This document shows, one piece after another, positions 8,653 to 18,197 of a stretch of DNA of 56,722 nt (position 1 is its first letter; the number at the start of each line of letters is the position of its first letter). This DNA is from Planctomycetota bacterium (GTDB lineage Bacteria > Planctomycetota > MHYJ01 > WSZJ01). Both the position numbers and the translations under genes were made by a program. The notes under the pieces are model-generated. The model was not told where the DNA came from, did not search any database, and saw nothing but the letters and a program-made list of their open reading frames with translations. Location: assembly GCA_038060895.1 (NCBI GenBank), contig JBBTCT010000010.1, positions 1 to 56,722 on the forward strand. Direction: 5' to 3'.

Positions 8653-11376
8653 CTACCGGTTGACGCGACGGCCGAACCGGTCGTCTTCCTCTTCTTCCAT
8701 GATCGTGATCTTCGCCCGGATGATGATCAGCAGGCTCTTGCGCTCCATCACGTCCGCCCGGCGGCTCGTGAAGAAGGAAACGATCGGGATGTCGCTGGCG
8801 ATCGGCAGTTCGCTGTTGAACGAGCTGTCGAAGATGTTCGTCAGGCCGCCCACGAGCAGCGTCCCGCCGTCCGGCACGGTCACCGTCGTCTTCACCCTCT
8901 GGATCCTCAGGATCGGCGTCTCGATCCGGACCGGCACCGGGATCGCGCGACGCGTCGGGTCCGGGAAGATGTCGACAAACGAATCGGTGATGTCCTGCAC
9001 CTGTTCGGCCACCGTCGGCCTCATCTCCAGGGTGATGTACTTGCGGTCGGCGGAAATCGTCGGCCGCACGTCGAGCGCGATGCCGTCCTGGAACGTGCCC
9101 ACCACCGGGTCGGCGATGGCCGCGTCCTGCGCGATTTCGATGTCGTAATCGCGGATGTACGCGATCTGCGAAGCCACGAAAACGTTGGCCCGCTGCGTGT
9201 TGTACACCGTCAGTTTCGGCGCCGTCAGGATCCGGCTCTTCTCGTCCTTCCGCGTCGCGCGAAGAATGGCCTCGAGCGACGTGTCATCCACGAGCGTGAA
9301 CACCAGGCCCAAACCGCCCGTGTTCGAGAAGATGTTGTTGTAGAAGAAGTTCACCAGCTCGTTGCCGCCGACCAGGTGCTCCACGACTCCGCGCAACTCG
9401 CGGCTGTTTTCCGGGCCGAAGAGCCCGTAGAAGCCGGATTCGGGACCGATCGGAGAGCCGGCCGTCGGACCGCTGGACCCTTCGAAGAATCCGCCGGGGC
9501 CGGGCGTCGGAGGAATAGTGAAGTCGTCCAGCACGGGGATCGGACCACGCGAACCCGGTTCGAAGTTCGTCGTGGACTCGAGACCGCGATAGTCGACGCC
9601 GACGTCCTCGAGGAAGTGCTCCTGCACCGTGAGGAAGCGCGACTCGATGGTGACCAGAAGGCCCGTCGACTCACGCACGCGGTTCAGGAAGGCGTTGATC
9701 TGCCCCTGGGTCTGCGGCGTGTGACGGACGATCAGGATGCCGTTCTGGTACTCGATCGAATTCGGCGGTGTGTCCCACGTGCCCGGGGCGATGTTCTGGC
9801 TGATCAACAGCTTCAGGTCTTCGCCAGGAATGGCCGTTCCTTCTTCTTCGCCGCCCGTCGTCCCGACGCCGATGCCGCCGGAATCCGCCGCGCCTGCGCT
9901 TTCAAGGCTGATTTCAGGCGCCTTGAAGTTCGTGATCTTGATGGTGAGGTCCTGCACGTCGTACAGCTCGAGGACCGTCTCCTTCTGCATGGCTTCCTTG
10001 GACGTGATCACGATGACGCCTTCGTCAACGCGATACGCGAGGTCGGCCATCTTCAGAATGAGGTCCAGAGCCTGGTCGAAAGCCAGCTCGTCAACCTTGA
10101 ACGTCACGGTCTTGGACTCGGGGTCCTCGATCGCGCGCCGGTCAATCATGATGTTCAGCTGCGTGACTTCCTGCATGAAGCTCACGACTTCCGGCAGCGG
10201 CGTGTCCGTGAAGTTGAGCGAGATCTTGATCGAGCTCATCGCGGCGTACGTCTTCCGCTCCGACTCGCTGACCTTCCGCTCCTGCTTCTGGATCCCGCGC
10301 GGAATGCGCTTCTGCACGTCTTCGACCCAGATCTCCGCATCCGGGAACTCAACGACCCGGTTCTGCGCGACCGTCTTCTCGTCGATCTTGATGAACTGCC
10401 ACTTCCACTCCCGCTTCAGCGACTCCAGGATCCGCTTGTCGGCCTGCTTGTGGCGGGCCATGACGGCGATTTCCTTCAGATCCGCGGCGTCGTCGTTGTT
10501 CGGGTCAAGCTGGAGAACCTTGTCGCAGAGGGCTTCGCTGATGCCGAAGCGCTCGCGCTCAAACTCTTCCTGCGCTTCGTTGAACAGCTTGCCGATCGCT
10601 TCCGCGCGGCGGGCCCGCTCCTCGGTGCGCTTCACTTCCGATTCAGCCTTGGCGTTCCGGACCGTTTCCAGCGAGCGGGCGCGGTCGGCTTCCGCCTTCA
10701 GGTCGCGCGCGCGGCGCAGGCCGACTTCAGCCTCGCCCTTCACCGCCTCGAGGTCAAGGTGGTAAGGGAACCACTGGATCTGCTCGATGACCGCCGTGTA
10801 CTCGTCGATCGCGAGCTGGTACTCCTTGTCGTTCACCGCGCGGTTGCCGCGGGCGAGATGGTCCTGGATTTCGATGCGCGCCTGCTCCTTGCGGGCCAGC
10901 AGACGGTCCGTCAGCGCTTCCATCACGGCCCGGTCGTACCCGGGGACGTGCTCGGAAAGCTGCTGGCGCGTGCGGTCGAGCCACTTGCGGTACTCGGCGT
11001 TGCCCGGAGCGAGATCGACCGCGCGCTGGAACTCGTCACGCGCCTTTTCGAAATTCAGCTCCTGGAACGATTTCTGGCCGCTTCTGGAATACCCTTCGGC
11101 CAGCGTCACGCGCTCCTGCTCGGAGAGCTTCAATTCCTCTTCGAGCCGGCGCATGATTTCTTCGTACCCACCGGCCGCCCCTCCGCCGCCGCCGCCGGCT
11201 TCCGGACCCGCCGCACTGCGCGGAGCCGGTGCCACCGGAGCCTCCGCGCGCTTTTCGGGCGCAGGCGGTGTGGCTTCACGGGCAGGATCGGAAGAACTGC
11301 AGCCGACGAGGGCAGAGCTGGTGAGGAGTGCCGACAACAAGGCCCATCCGGTCCATCTCATGCGGCTAACCCTCAA
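8653..11376 (-). CDS. Secretin (PilQ/GspD family), lipoprotein with N-terminal TPR/coiled-coil region; paralogue A (start may be ATG 11361)
   Basis: Lipobox LVG-C; ISLNFTDTPL STN-like domain; VTIESRFLTV, TAPKLTVYNTQRA, GIALDVRPTISADRKYITL, TTVTVPDGGTLLVGGL. Confidence 0.9.
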   Translation of the reverse strand: MRVSRMRWTGWALLSALLTSSALVGCSSSDPAREATPPAPEKRAEAPVAPAPRSAAGPEAGGGGGGAAGGYEEIMRRLEEELKLSEQERVTLAEGYSRSGQKSFQELNFEKARDEFQRAVDLAPGNAEYRKWLDRTRQQLSEHVPGYDRAVMEALTDRLLARKEQARIEIQDHLARGNRAVNDKEYQLAIDEYTAVIEQIQWFPYHLDLEAVKGEAEVGLRRARDLKAEADRARSLETVRNAKAESEVKRTEERARRAEAIGKLFNEAQEEFERERFGISEALCDKVLQLDPNNDDAADLKEIAVMARHKQADKRILESLKREWKWQFIKIDEKTVAQNRVVEFPDAEIWVEDVQKRIPRGIQKQERKVSESERKTYAAMSSIKISLNFTDTPLPEVVSFMQEVTQLNIMIDRRAIEDPESKTVTFKVDELAFDQALDLILKMADLAYRVDEGVIVITSKEAMQKETVLELYDVQDLTIKITNFKAPEISLESAGAADSGGIGVGTTGGEEEGTAIPGEDLKLLISQNIAPGTWDTPPNSIEYQNGILIVRHTPQTQGQINAFLNRVRESTGLLVTIESRFLTVQEHFLEDVGVDYRGLESTTNFEPGSRGPIPVLDDFTIPPTPGPGGFFEGSSGPTAGSPIGPESGFYGLFGPENSRELRGVVEHLVGGNELVNFFYNNIFSNTGGLGLVFTLVDDTSLEAILRATRKDEKSRILTAPKLTVYNTQRANVFVASQIAYIRDYDIEIAQDAAIADPVVGTFQDGIALDVRPTISADRKYITLEMRPTVAEQVQDITDSFVDIFPDPTRRAIPVPVRIETPILRIQRVKTTVTVPDGGTLLVGGLTNIFDSSFNSELPIASDIPIVSFFTSRRADVMERKSLLIIIRAKITIMEEEEDDRFGRRVNR

Positions 11377-11451
11377 TGTTTAAGGTGCCACCCCCACGAC
11401 GCCGAGCCACGGCGCCGGTTCCGGAGTTGCCAGGCAATTCCGGACCGCGGA

Positions 11452-11480
11452 AGTATAGGGAGGGGGTAGAAGCGATGCAA
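11452..11480 (-). promoter_or_regulatory. Sigma70-like promoter TTGCAT-N17-TATACT upstream of secretin A
   Basis: Motif and spacing read directly. Confidence 0.5.
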
Positions 11481-11566
11481 GGAAGTTTGAGCGAAATGTT
11501 GGGGGAAAATCGCGGGAGGGCCCGCCGGGAGGTTCGGAGCCAGGGGCTCATCACCCTCACGGGCCG

Positions 11567-12088
11567 TCACTTCACTTCGTCCTCGATCCACCAGCGGCGG
11601 ATGCTGCCGTCCTCGGCGAGGCAGGTGATCCGGTATCGGTCCCGCGAATCGCGGACAACCCTGTCGCCGGGACGGTCGTTTCGTCGCACCAGGCGCTTGA
11701 AGCGATAGCGTTCCTTGCGAATGCCTATCAGGACGAGGCCAGTCCGGAAATCCGTCCCGGTTCGCAGGCCTGTCGCCGGATCCTGCGCGGTTTCGAGTTT
11801 CCCGATTTCGCCGCTCCGCCTGCGCGCGCTGTCATGCCGCAGGACAACATACTTGCGTTCCTTCCAGGCGCCGTCGACCTTCACGCGAACCGCGATCATC
11901 GCGGCTTCCGGGCTGCCTCCGATGTAGCGGATGCGGGGGCGGGGGGCGGCCTTTACGACCGACTCCGCCTCCGGCGCCGCAGGGAATTCCTCCTGCTGCG
12001 ATGAAGGTGGATCGCCGTGGTTCCTTGAAGCGCACCCTGTGATGGCCGTCAGGGCGAAGACCAGCATTATGTTGTTCCAGCAGAGCAT
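11567..12088 (-). CDS. Lipoprotein consisting mainly of the C-terminal domain shared with the two upstream genes
   Basis: Lipobox ITG-C; IRYIGGSPEAAMIAVRVKVDGAWKERKY aligns by eye with 13284-14342. Confidence 0.75.
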   Translation of the reverse strand: MLCWNNIMLVFALTAITGCASRNHGDPPSSQQEEFPAAPEAESVVKAAPRPRIRYIGGSPEAAMIAVRVKVDGAWKERKYVVLRHDSARRRSGEIGKLETAQDPATGLRTGTDFRTGLVLIGIRKERYRFKRLVRRNDRPGDRVVRDSRDRYRITCLAEDGSIRRWWIEDEVK

Positions 12089-12097
12089 CGCGGCCTC

Positions 12098-13147
12098 TCA
12101 CTTGTCCCCTTCGCCCAGCGGTTCCGCGTTTTCAGGAAGGTCGCCTTCTTTCCACAGCTTGCGCGTCACCCCGGTGTCGTCCTTGAACTCCACGCGCAGG
12201 CACTCACGGCTGGACTCTCTTCGGACGTGTCGGACCTTCAGTTCGCCGTCGACCACCTCGCGCTCCTGGAACGGCACGGTGAAGCGGCGGATCTCCCTGC
12301 GAATCGCCAGGAGCGTGAACCCACAGGAGAAGTCTACCCGCTTCCCTTCCCGAACGGCCATGCCCCCGATCGCGCCGTCCTTGCCGGTCTCCTCGTTGAA
12401 GGGAAGAACGGTGAACGAGTGCTCGAGCCACTCGCCCTGGATCCATTTGCGCACGACGAGGATCGCGGCGTTGCCTTCGGAGCCTGCAGTGAAGCGGACA
12501 TCGGCGCCCGCGGGGCAGGTTGCAGCTGCCGGCGGTGAGTCTGCGGAAATCCTTCGCCCGTCTTCGGTCTCATGCGTTGTCGCGACCTGCAGGCGGTAGT
12601 CGTAGGTGGAGCGCGGCTTCACGTCCTTGTCCTCCCAGGCCGTCGCGTCTCCCTTGAGGGAAGCCACGGCCACGCCGGCCCGGTCTCCCGGCCCCCGGCG
12701 CATGACCCGGATCTCCGAGACCGGTGCGACTCTGGCGCCCTTCGTGACGGGCGGCCACTGAAGCGAAACGCGACCCGGCTCGGCGGTCGCTTGCGGGACC
12801 GGCGGCGCGGGCAGCAGCAATTTCGGGCCGGGATCGGCCTTCTTCTGCCCGATCACGTTGAGGAGCACCCGCGTCCTTGGCGCGCTCACGTAGCCCCTTT
12901 TCCCTTCCGGCGCAGCGATCGCCGCCGGGGACCACGCGAATGTGACCGCGGAATAGTCGGGCTTCACGAAGGCAGGCCCGGGGTTGGACGCGACGGCGGC
13001 GGCGGCCGCCGAAGTGCGCACGCCCGCGGCAGCGCGCGCATCGTCGTGGCCCAGCGCGGCGTGCGCCGCCATGGCGGCGAAGAGGACTGCGGAAACGCCG
13101 AGCGCGGCGGCGTGGCCCCGTGATTCCAGGAAGTTGCGGACGTCCAT
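12098..13147 (-). CDS. Membrane-anchored FN3-domain protein with the shared C-terminal domain (pilus locus)
   Basis: N-terminal TM helix; VSLQWP...WEDKDVKPRSTYDYRLQV FN3 pattern; paralogous to 13284-14342. Confidence 0.8.
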   Translation of the reverse strand: MDVRNFLESRGHAAALGVSAVLFAAMAAHAALGHDDARAAAGVRTSAAAAAVASNPGPAFVKPDYSAVTFAWSPAAIAAPEGKRGYVSAPRTRVLLNVIGQKKADPGPKLLLPAPPVPQATAEPGRVSLQWPPVTKGARVAPVSEIRVMRRGPGDRAGVAVASLKGDATAWEDKDVKPRSTYDYRLQVATTHETEDGRRISADSPPAAATCPAGADVRFTAGSEGNAAILVVRKWIQGEWLEHSFTVLPFNEETGKDGAIGGMAVREGKRVDFSCGFTLLAIRREIRRFTVPFQEREVVDGELKVRHVRRESSRECLRVEFKDDTGVTRKLWKEGDLPENAEPLGEGDK

Positions 13148-13233
13148 GGGAGTCGCTCCGGAATGCTGGAAGCGGCTTCGCCTGACCCCACAGGAGAGAC
13201 GTTGCGCCCTGGGAGGAACCGTGCGCCAAGTCG

Positions 13234-13265
13234 AAAAAAAAACACCCGGCCGCGGGGCCGGGTGT
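13234..13265 (-). terminator. Intrinsic terminator inside the pilus locus
   Basis: Stem ACACCCGGCC/GGCCGGGTGT plus a T9 run on the minus strand. Confidence 0.75.
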
Positions 13266-13283
13266 CAGGTGCGATCGCAGGGG

Positions 13284-14342
13284 CTACTTGTTTTCCTCGT
13301 CCTTCTCGTCCGCAATCCAGAGCTCAGCCGGCTTCCCGTCGTCGTTCGTGTACAGGATCTTCATCCGGTCGCGCTCCGCGTCCACCTCGACGTCCTCCGT
13401 CTCGAGCACTCCGTTCACGATCTTCGAACGCCGTTCAATTCTCTTGAACTTGAAGCGGTCCTTGCGGATCTCCCTCAGCACGAACCCGGTGCTGTAGTCG
13501 ACTTCCACCATCTTCCCGGTATCCGGATCCTTTTCTCGCTCAATTTTCCCGATGGCGCCGGTCTGGTTCCGCTCTTCGTTGAACGGCACGACCGCCGGGT
13601 ATTTGCGCTCCTTCCACTGCCCGCCGACGAATTTGCGAACCGTGATGCCGACCGCCTGCGGGCTGCCGCCGATGTAGATGATGGCGACGCCGGACGGGAC
13701 GGTCGCTTCGACCACCTGGCTGAACTCGGACTCCGGCTTCATGCCTTCCTTGAGCTTGTCCTTGGTCTTGCTCTTGACCTTGTACGCATACTTCTTTTTC
13801 GGTTCGACCGAGTTGTCCATGAACTCGCGCGCCTTCACCTTCGAGAGGCTCGCCCACCCTTTGCCGGCTTCCTGCCGGAAGACTTCGTACTCCGTGATCG
13901 CCGCGGCTTCTTCTCCGGGCGGAACCTTGGAATCGGTCCACTTGACTTTCACCTGCCCGAGCTCCGTCTCAGGCGCCCCCATGACGGGGGTCGAAAGGAA
14001 TTTGAGCTTGATGGTCGGTACAACCGGTCCGCCGCCGCCCTTGATGTTCGCCGTGACCTTCGTCTTCCACATCGAAACGTAGTTGCGCTTGCCTTCCGGC
14101 TTCTCCGAAGCCTCCGCGCCCCACGGTTTCGTCGTCGCCGAGAAGTCGACCTTCTCGCGGACGGGCGGCGGGTTGGTCTTGATCTTCTGGTCCGCTTGCT
14201 TCACCTGCGCATCGAGCGCCGCCAGGTCCGCATCACTCGACATGCCGAACGCATACGCCGCATACCCTACGAGCAGGAGCACCGCGGCGCCCAGGGCGAG
14301 CTTGTCGCCCTTCTCCATCATCACTTCCTTCATGTCAGCCAT
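13284..14342 (-). CDS. Membrane-anchored FN3-domain protein (PilP position in the pilus locus)
   Basis: TM helix; VKVKWTD...YEVFRQ...FMDNSVEPKKKYAYKVKS FN3 pattern; C-terminal beta-rich domain. Confidence 0.82.
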   Translation of the reverse strand: MADMKEVMMEKGDKLALGAAVLLLVGYAAYAFGMSSDADLAALDAQVKQADQKIKTNPPPVREKVDFSATTKPWGAEASEKPEGKRNYVSMWKTKVTANIKGGGGPVVPTIKLKFLSTPVMGAPETELGQVKVKWTDSKVPPGEEAAAITEYEVFRQEAGKGWASLSKVKAREFMDNSVEPKKKYAYKVKSKTKDKLKEGMKPESEFSQVVEATVPSGVAIIYIGGSPQAVGITVRKFVGGQWKERKYPAVVPFNEERNQTGAIGKIEREKDPDTGKMVEVDYSTGFVLREIRKDRFKFKRIERRSKIVNGVLETEDVEVDAERDRMKILYTNDDGKPAELWIADEKDEENK

Positions 14343-14353
14343 GGAGTCGCTCC

Positions 14354-15295
14354 TTATTGACCCGCGCCGGTGCGTCCCGGTGCGAAGTTGAAATTGTAGG
14401 CCTCGACCAGCAGCGTTACTCGAAGAGCCGGCTCGGGGAGGACGGGTTCTTTCCAGCCGGCGTCAATTTCGGCCTGAGTCACGTCCACCTTCACTTCGGC
14501 CTCGGGCCGATAAAACGTGTCCCGCTCGACCTTCATGACGGCGATCCGGAACATCGGGCCGGGCTTCGCAGGGTCGTACTTCACGATGGCGTTCGTGAAC
14601 GCCGGGATGTCTTTCCAGAGGAAGGAAGCGTCGATGACGAACGGGATCGTCATCCCCAGGTCGTTCGTGATCACGCGCTCGTTCTGCTTCTGCGTCACTT
14701 CGGGCGGCCCGGCGACCTTCGAGAACTGCACCTTGTAGAAGCGCTTGGCCTGCGCCTCGATCAGCGCATCCTTGACCCTCGCGTGAATGTTGTACACCCG
14801 CATCCACCTCCGCTTCTCGTCGGGCGTATCCTGAACGTCCGCCGAGAGCGGGAACTCGAAGCCGAGGACCTTCTGGTCGTTGAAGATCGCCTTGCCGTCC
14901 GCGGGGACGTTGCCGTCGCCGATCGCGGTGCGCAGATCCTTCAGCATCTGCTGGATGCCGTCGGTCGCACGCGACATCAGCACGCCCTTCTGCGGTTCCT
15001 TGTCGTCGAACCAGCGCTCCAGCGCCTTGTCGGACGCGTCGAAGAACCCGTAGAGGCTTTTCGATTCCTTGTCCAGCGACGCGGCGTGGTCCTCGAGCCC
15101 CTTGACCCACTGGGCCGTCGGGACTTCGCGGCCTGTGGAAATGGTCTGAAGCGTCGGCCCGAACTGGCCCGTCACCCTTTCCTTCTGCTCGGCGCTGGCG
15201 GTCCATGCAGGGAACACGAGCGCCCCGAAGACGCCCAGGGCGACCACGAGCCCGGCGCAGATCCCGATCAGGAAGCCGTTCTTCTTGAAATCCAC
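14354..15295 (-). CDS. Bitopic membrane protein, probable PilO/GspM-like alignment component
   Basis: N-terminal TM helix, coiled coil and C-terminal alpha/beta domain; lies directly after pilM-N. Function inferred from position. Confidence 0.65.
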   Translation of the reverse strand: MDFKKNGFLIGICAGLVVALGVFGALVFPAWTASAEQKERVTGQFGPTLQTISTGREVPTAQWVKGLEDHAASLDKESKSLYGFFDASDKALERWFDDKEPQKGVLMSRATDGIQQMLKDLRTAIGDGNVPADGKAIFNDQKVLGFEFPLSADVQDTPDEKRRWMRVYNIHARVKDALIEAQAKRFYKVQFSKVAGPPEVTQKQNERVITNDLGMTIPFVIDASFLWKDIPAFTNAIVKYDPAKPGPMFRIAVMKVERDTFYRPEAEVKVDVTQAEIDAGWKEPVLPEPALRVTLLVEAYNFNFAPGRTGAGQ

Positions 15296-15308
15296 GGTTC
15301 AGCCTCCG

Positions 15309-17129
15309 TTACTTGTTGTTTCCGCCAGGGTTTGCACCACCATCAGCCGGGGCCGGCGCCGCGGCGGGAACTTTGGACGGAAGGAGCTTGATGTTGAGCC
15401 GGAAGCGGTGGAAGGAACGACCGCCGAACTGGGCGGGAAGGAACCCGCCCCCTTCTTCATCTCGCTTCGTGATAAGCCTGAACGTCGGCTTGGTGTCCGG
15501 GACGTCGATCGAGGGCTCCCCTTCCACCGTGACCTTGTACTTGTCCTTCAGAAGCGCGACCAGCGGGTCCAGCACCTTCGACTTGACAAGGTTGAGGGCG
15601 TCATTCGAAGACGTCTGCGCAGGCAGACCGCCCTCAATTTCGATCGAGACCCTGTTCATCTCCGTCAGCACGCCTTTCACCACGGGCGCGTCGGTCACCG
15701 GCTCAATGGCATCGTCCGCATCCACGCGGAGAATCCAGATCTGCCCGTTGGCCTTCTGGACGTCCGCGTTTTCGTTGTCGGGCAGCACTTCGGACAGGGC
15801 GTTCATGAGGACCGTCGTCGCGTCGCGCCGGAGGGATAGCACCTTCAGTTTCTCGGGCTCGACCATGTCCAGCTTCATCTTGTTGTCGACCCCGGTGTAC
15901 TTGCCCTTCAGGCCGTTGTAGGTATTCGTCACCGCCTCGGCTTCCTGCGCCAGCGTCGCCCACTTTCCGCCGTCGGCGTCCGCCTTGAAGTACATCAGCC
16001 CCGTCGTGGCGATCACGATGGCCACCGCGGCGGCGAAGATCGGCTTCTTCTTCGCGAATTCCCGCTTCTTAAGCTCTTCTTCGGGCAGCAGGTTGATCTT
16101 GTTCCGCGCGTACCCCATCCCCTGCAGGCCGAGACCGCACGCCACGCCCAGAGTCGGCAGGTAATCCTGGAACTGCGCTTCAGGGACGCTGTTCGCGACG
16201 CTGAACTTGTTCAGCTTCGCGAGCTTCAGCGCTTCGATCTGGAGGTTCTGGCTGAGGAAGCGCTGGAGGTTGATCGTCTTGGAACCATTGCCGACGAGCA
16301 TCATCTTCTCGAAGCGCACGGTCTTGGACAGCGACTTGTAGTAACCGATCGAGCGGTGGATTTCGCCGACCAGGTCGCGCAGGACGGGCTGGACGACGCC
16401 GAAGATCTTCTGGGCCTGCTGCGAAGAACTCGCGTTGACCTTGAGCTTTTCGGCCTCGCCGAGCGGGATCTGGAACTTCTGCTGCAACGCCTTGGTGATG
16501 GTGTTGCCCGTGATCGGGATGTTGCGGATCCAGAACTTCTCGCCGTCGATGACGACGAGGTCGCTGTTCTCCGCGCCGATATCGAGCACGAAGCAGTTCG
16601 TGCCGACATCCTGGTCGTGAACGAGGAAGTTGTAGAGCGCGACGGGCGAGAACTGCAGCACGTCACACGGGAAATTCACCGCGGTGAGGTGCGACAGGAA
16701 CTGGTAGATGATGTCCTTCTTCACCGCGAACAGCACCAGCTCGAGCTCGTCGCCCGGGCCGTATTCCTTTTCGACCAGCTGGTAACCCCAGACGACCTGG
16801 TCCATCGGGAAGGGAATGTGCTGCTGCGCCTCGAACTTCACGAGCTGCGCCACCTTCTTGGGCTCGGTGGGCGGGATCTTGATGAAGCGGTTGAACGTCG
16901 TGTGCCCAGGCAGCGAGACGACGACCTTCTCGCCTCCCAGCCGGTTCCGCTTCATCAGGGAGGTCAGAGCCTCCCGGATCTGAGTTCCCTCGTCGGCGCC
17001 TTCCTGCCCGATCGGGTACTCGATGACATCCAGGTTCGTGATCTCGGCGGCTCCCTCGCGCAACGGCACGAGGCGGACCGCTTTCACGCTGAACTTGGAA
17101 ACGTCAACGCCCCAGACGGCCTTAGCCAT
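15309..17129 (-). CDS. pilM: Type IV pilus assembly protein PilM fused to a PilN-like C-terminus
   Basis: WGVDVSKFSVKAV, FEAQQHIPF, LDIGAENS, EIHRSIGYY, GLGLQG actin-like PilM motifs, then INLLP (PilN motif), a TM helix and a periplasmic domain. Confidence 0.9.
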   Translation of the reverse strand: MAKAVWGVDVSKFSVKAVRLVPLREGAAEITNLDVIEYPIGQEGADEGTQIREALTSLMKRNRLGGEKVVVSLPGHTTFNRFIKIPPTEPKKVAQLVKFEAQQHIPFPMDQVVWGYQLVEKEYGPGDELELVLFAVKKDIIYQFLSHLTAVNFPCDVLQFSPVALYNFLVHDQDVGTNCFVLDIGAENSDLVVIDGEKFWIRNIPITGNTITKALQQKFQIPLGEAEKLKVNASSSQQAQKIFGVVQPVLRDLVGEIHRSIGYYKSLSKTVRFEKMMLVGNGSKTINLQRFLSQNLQIEALKLAKLNKFSVANSVPEAQFQDYLPTLGVACGLGLQGMGYARNKINLLPEEELKKREFAKKKPIFAAAVAIVIATTGLMYFKADADGGKWATLAQEAEAVTNTYNGLKGKYTGVDNKMKLDMVEPEKLKVLSLRRDATTVLMNALSEVLPDNENADVQKANGQIWILRVDADDAIEPVTDAPVVKGVLTEMNRVSIEIEGGLPAQTSSNDALNLVKSKVLDPLVALLKDKYKVTVEGEPSIDVPDTKPTFRLITKRDEEGGGFLPAQFGGRSFHRFRLNIKLLPSKVPAAAPAPADGGANPGGNNK

Positions 17130-17186
17130 GAGACTCCCCCGAATGGGCGGACTTAAAGCGGGACTGCGTGGGACTTTAAGGGCGCT

Positions 17187-17215
17187 GTTGTAGGCTCGCG
17201 GAAAATGCGAGTCAA
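17187..17215 (-). promoter_or_regulatory. Sigma70-like promoter TTGACT-N17-TACAAC upstream of pilM
   Basis: Motif and spacing read directly; resembles the element at 7160-7188. Confidence 0.45.
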
Positions 17216-17411
17216 GGAAAACGAAACGAGCGCCTGGGAATCGGGCCGGGCAGGAATCGGCTCCGGCTTGGGTTGGCAGGGGTCAGGCGGTGGCCTCTTC
17301 CATCGTGTGGCCTTCGTCTTTCCCTGCTCGACCCGACTCTCAAGCGCTCTGGAAGGGAGACGGACGGGACCGCACGATCCCTGCAACAATTTTACAAACC
17401 CTTCGGCAGGC

Positions 17412-18197
17412 TCAGGGCAGGCGCGCTCCGAGCGACGTGAGTTTGTCGACGAGTCCGCGAAGGTCGGTCTTGACCGTTTCCGTATCGCCCGGGCTTCGAA
17501 GGAGATACGACGGGTGGTAGGTCGCGGTGACCCACCGTCCGTCCATCGTGCGCCAGGAACCACGGAGTGACTTCATGGATCCTTCCCACCCCATCAAGGA
17601 AAAGGCGGCGTGCTTGCCGAGCGCGCAGATGACTTTCGGGTTCAGCAGCTCGATCTGTTTCTTCAGGAAAGGAGCGCACGCCGCGACCTCGACCGGTTCG
17701 GGCGGACGATTGTTCGGAGGCCGGCACTTCAAAACGTTTGCGATGTAGACCTGGTCGCGCGTGATCCCGACTTCCTTGAGCAGCTTCGTGAGCGTCTTCC
17801 CCGCCGCACCGACGAACGCTTCGCCCGTCGCGTCCTCGTCGGCGCCCGGGGCTTCGCCGACGAAAAGAAGCGGCGAAGGTTCCCCGGAGCAGAACACAGT
17901 CTGCGTGCGCGTCTTGCAGAGCGCGCACGCAGTGCAACTCGCGACGAGGACTCGAAGAGTTTCGAGATCGGGACTGGAAGCGGCGCCGGCGGGGGCTTCG
18001 GGATTCGGGCCGGCGGCGACGGGCGCTGGCGAAGCTGCGGCAGAAACCGGCGGCGGATTCGCGGTGCTCGCAACCAGCGCGCGCGGGACGGCATCAACGC
18101 CCCACGACCGCCAGTCGGCCAGGTGATCCTTCAGCGCTTTTCGCGGGTCCACGAGGGCATCTTGAGTTCCGCGACGTGCGGCGGGAAGGAACTTCAT
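17412..18197 (-). CDS. Uracil-DNA glycosylase family 4 (4Fe-4S); start ATG 18197 or GTG 18152
   Basis: CTACALC, FVGEAPGADED, FVGAAG, NVLKCRPPNNR, TYHPSYLLR. Confidence 0.93.
   Translation of the reverse strand: MKFLPAARRGTQDALVDPRKALKDHLADWRSWGVDAVPRALVASTANPPPVSAAASPAPVAAGPNPEAPAGAASSPDLETLRVLVASCTACALCKTRTQTVFCSGEPSPLLFVGEAPGADEDATGEAFVGAAGKTLTKLLKEVGITRDQVYIANVLKCRPPNNRPPEPVEVAACAPFLKKQIELLNPKVICALGKHAAFSLMGWEGSMKSLRGSWRTMDGRWVTATYHPSYLLRSPGDTETVKTDLRGLVDKLTSLGARLP

Noticed and set aside
11417-11446. Hairpin in the secretin A leader as a riboswitch
   Set aside because: A single stem-loop with no recognisable aptamer consensus.
4157-11469. Long plus-strand ORFs (955 aa, 697 aa) and similar ones such as 24848-27064, 43581-45560 and 50852-54157
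   Set aside because: Antisense shadows of well-supported genes; long stop-free frames are expected in high-GC DNA, and they show no motifs.
13215-13232. Possible sigma-54 promoter TTGGCGCACGGTTCCT on the minus strand
   Set aside because: It lacks the GG-N10-GC spacing and the conserved GC.
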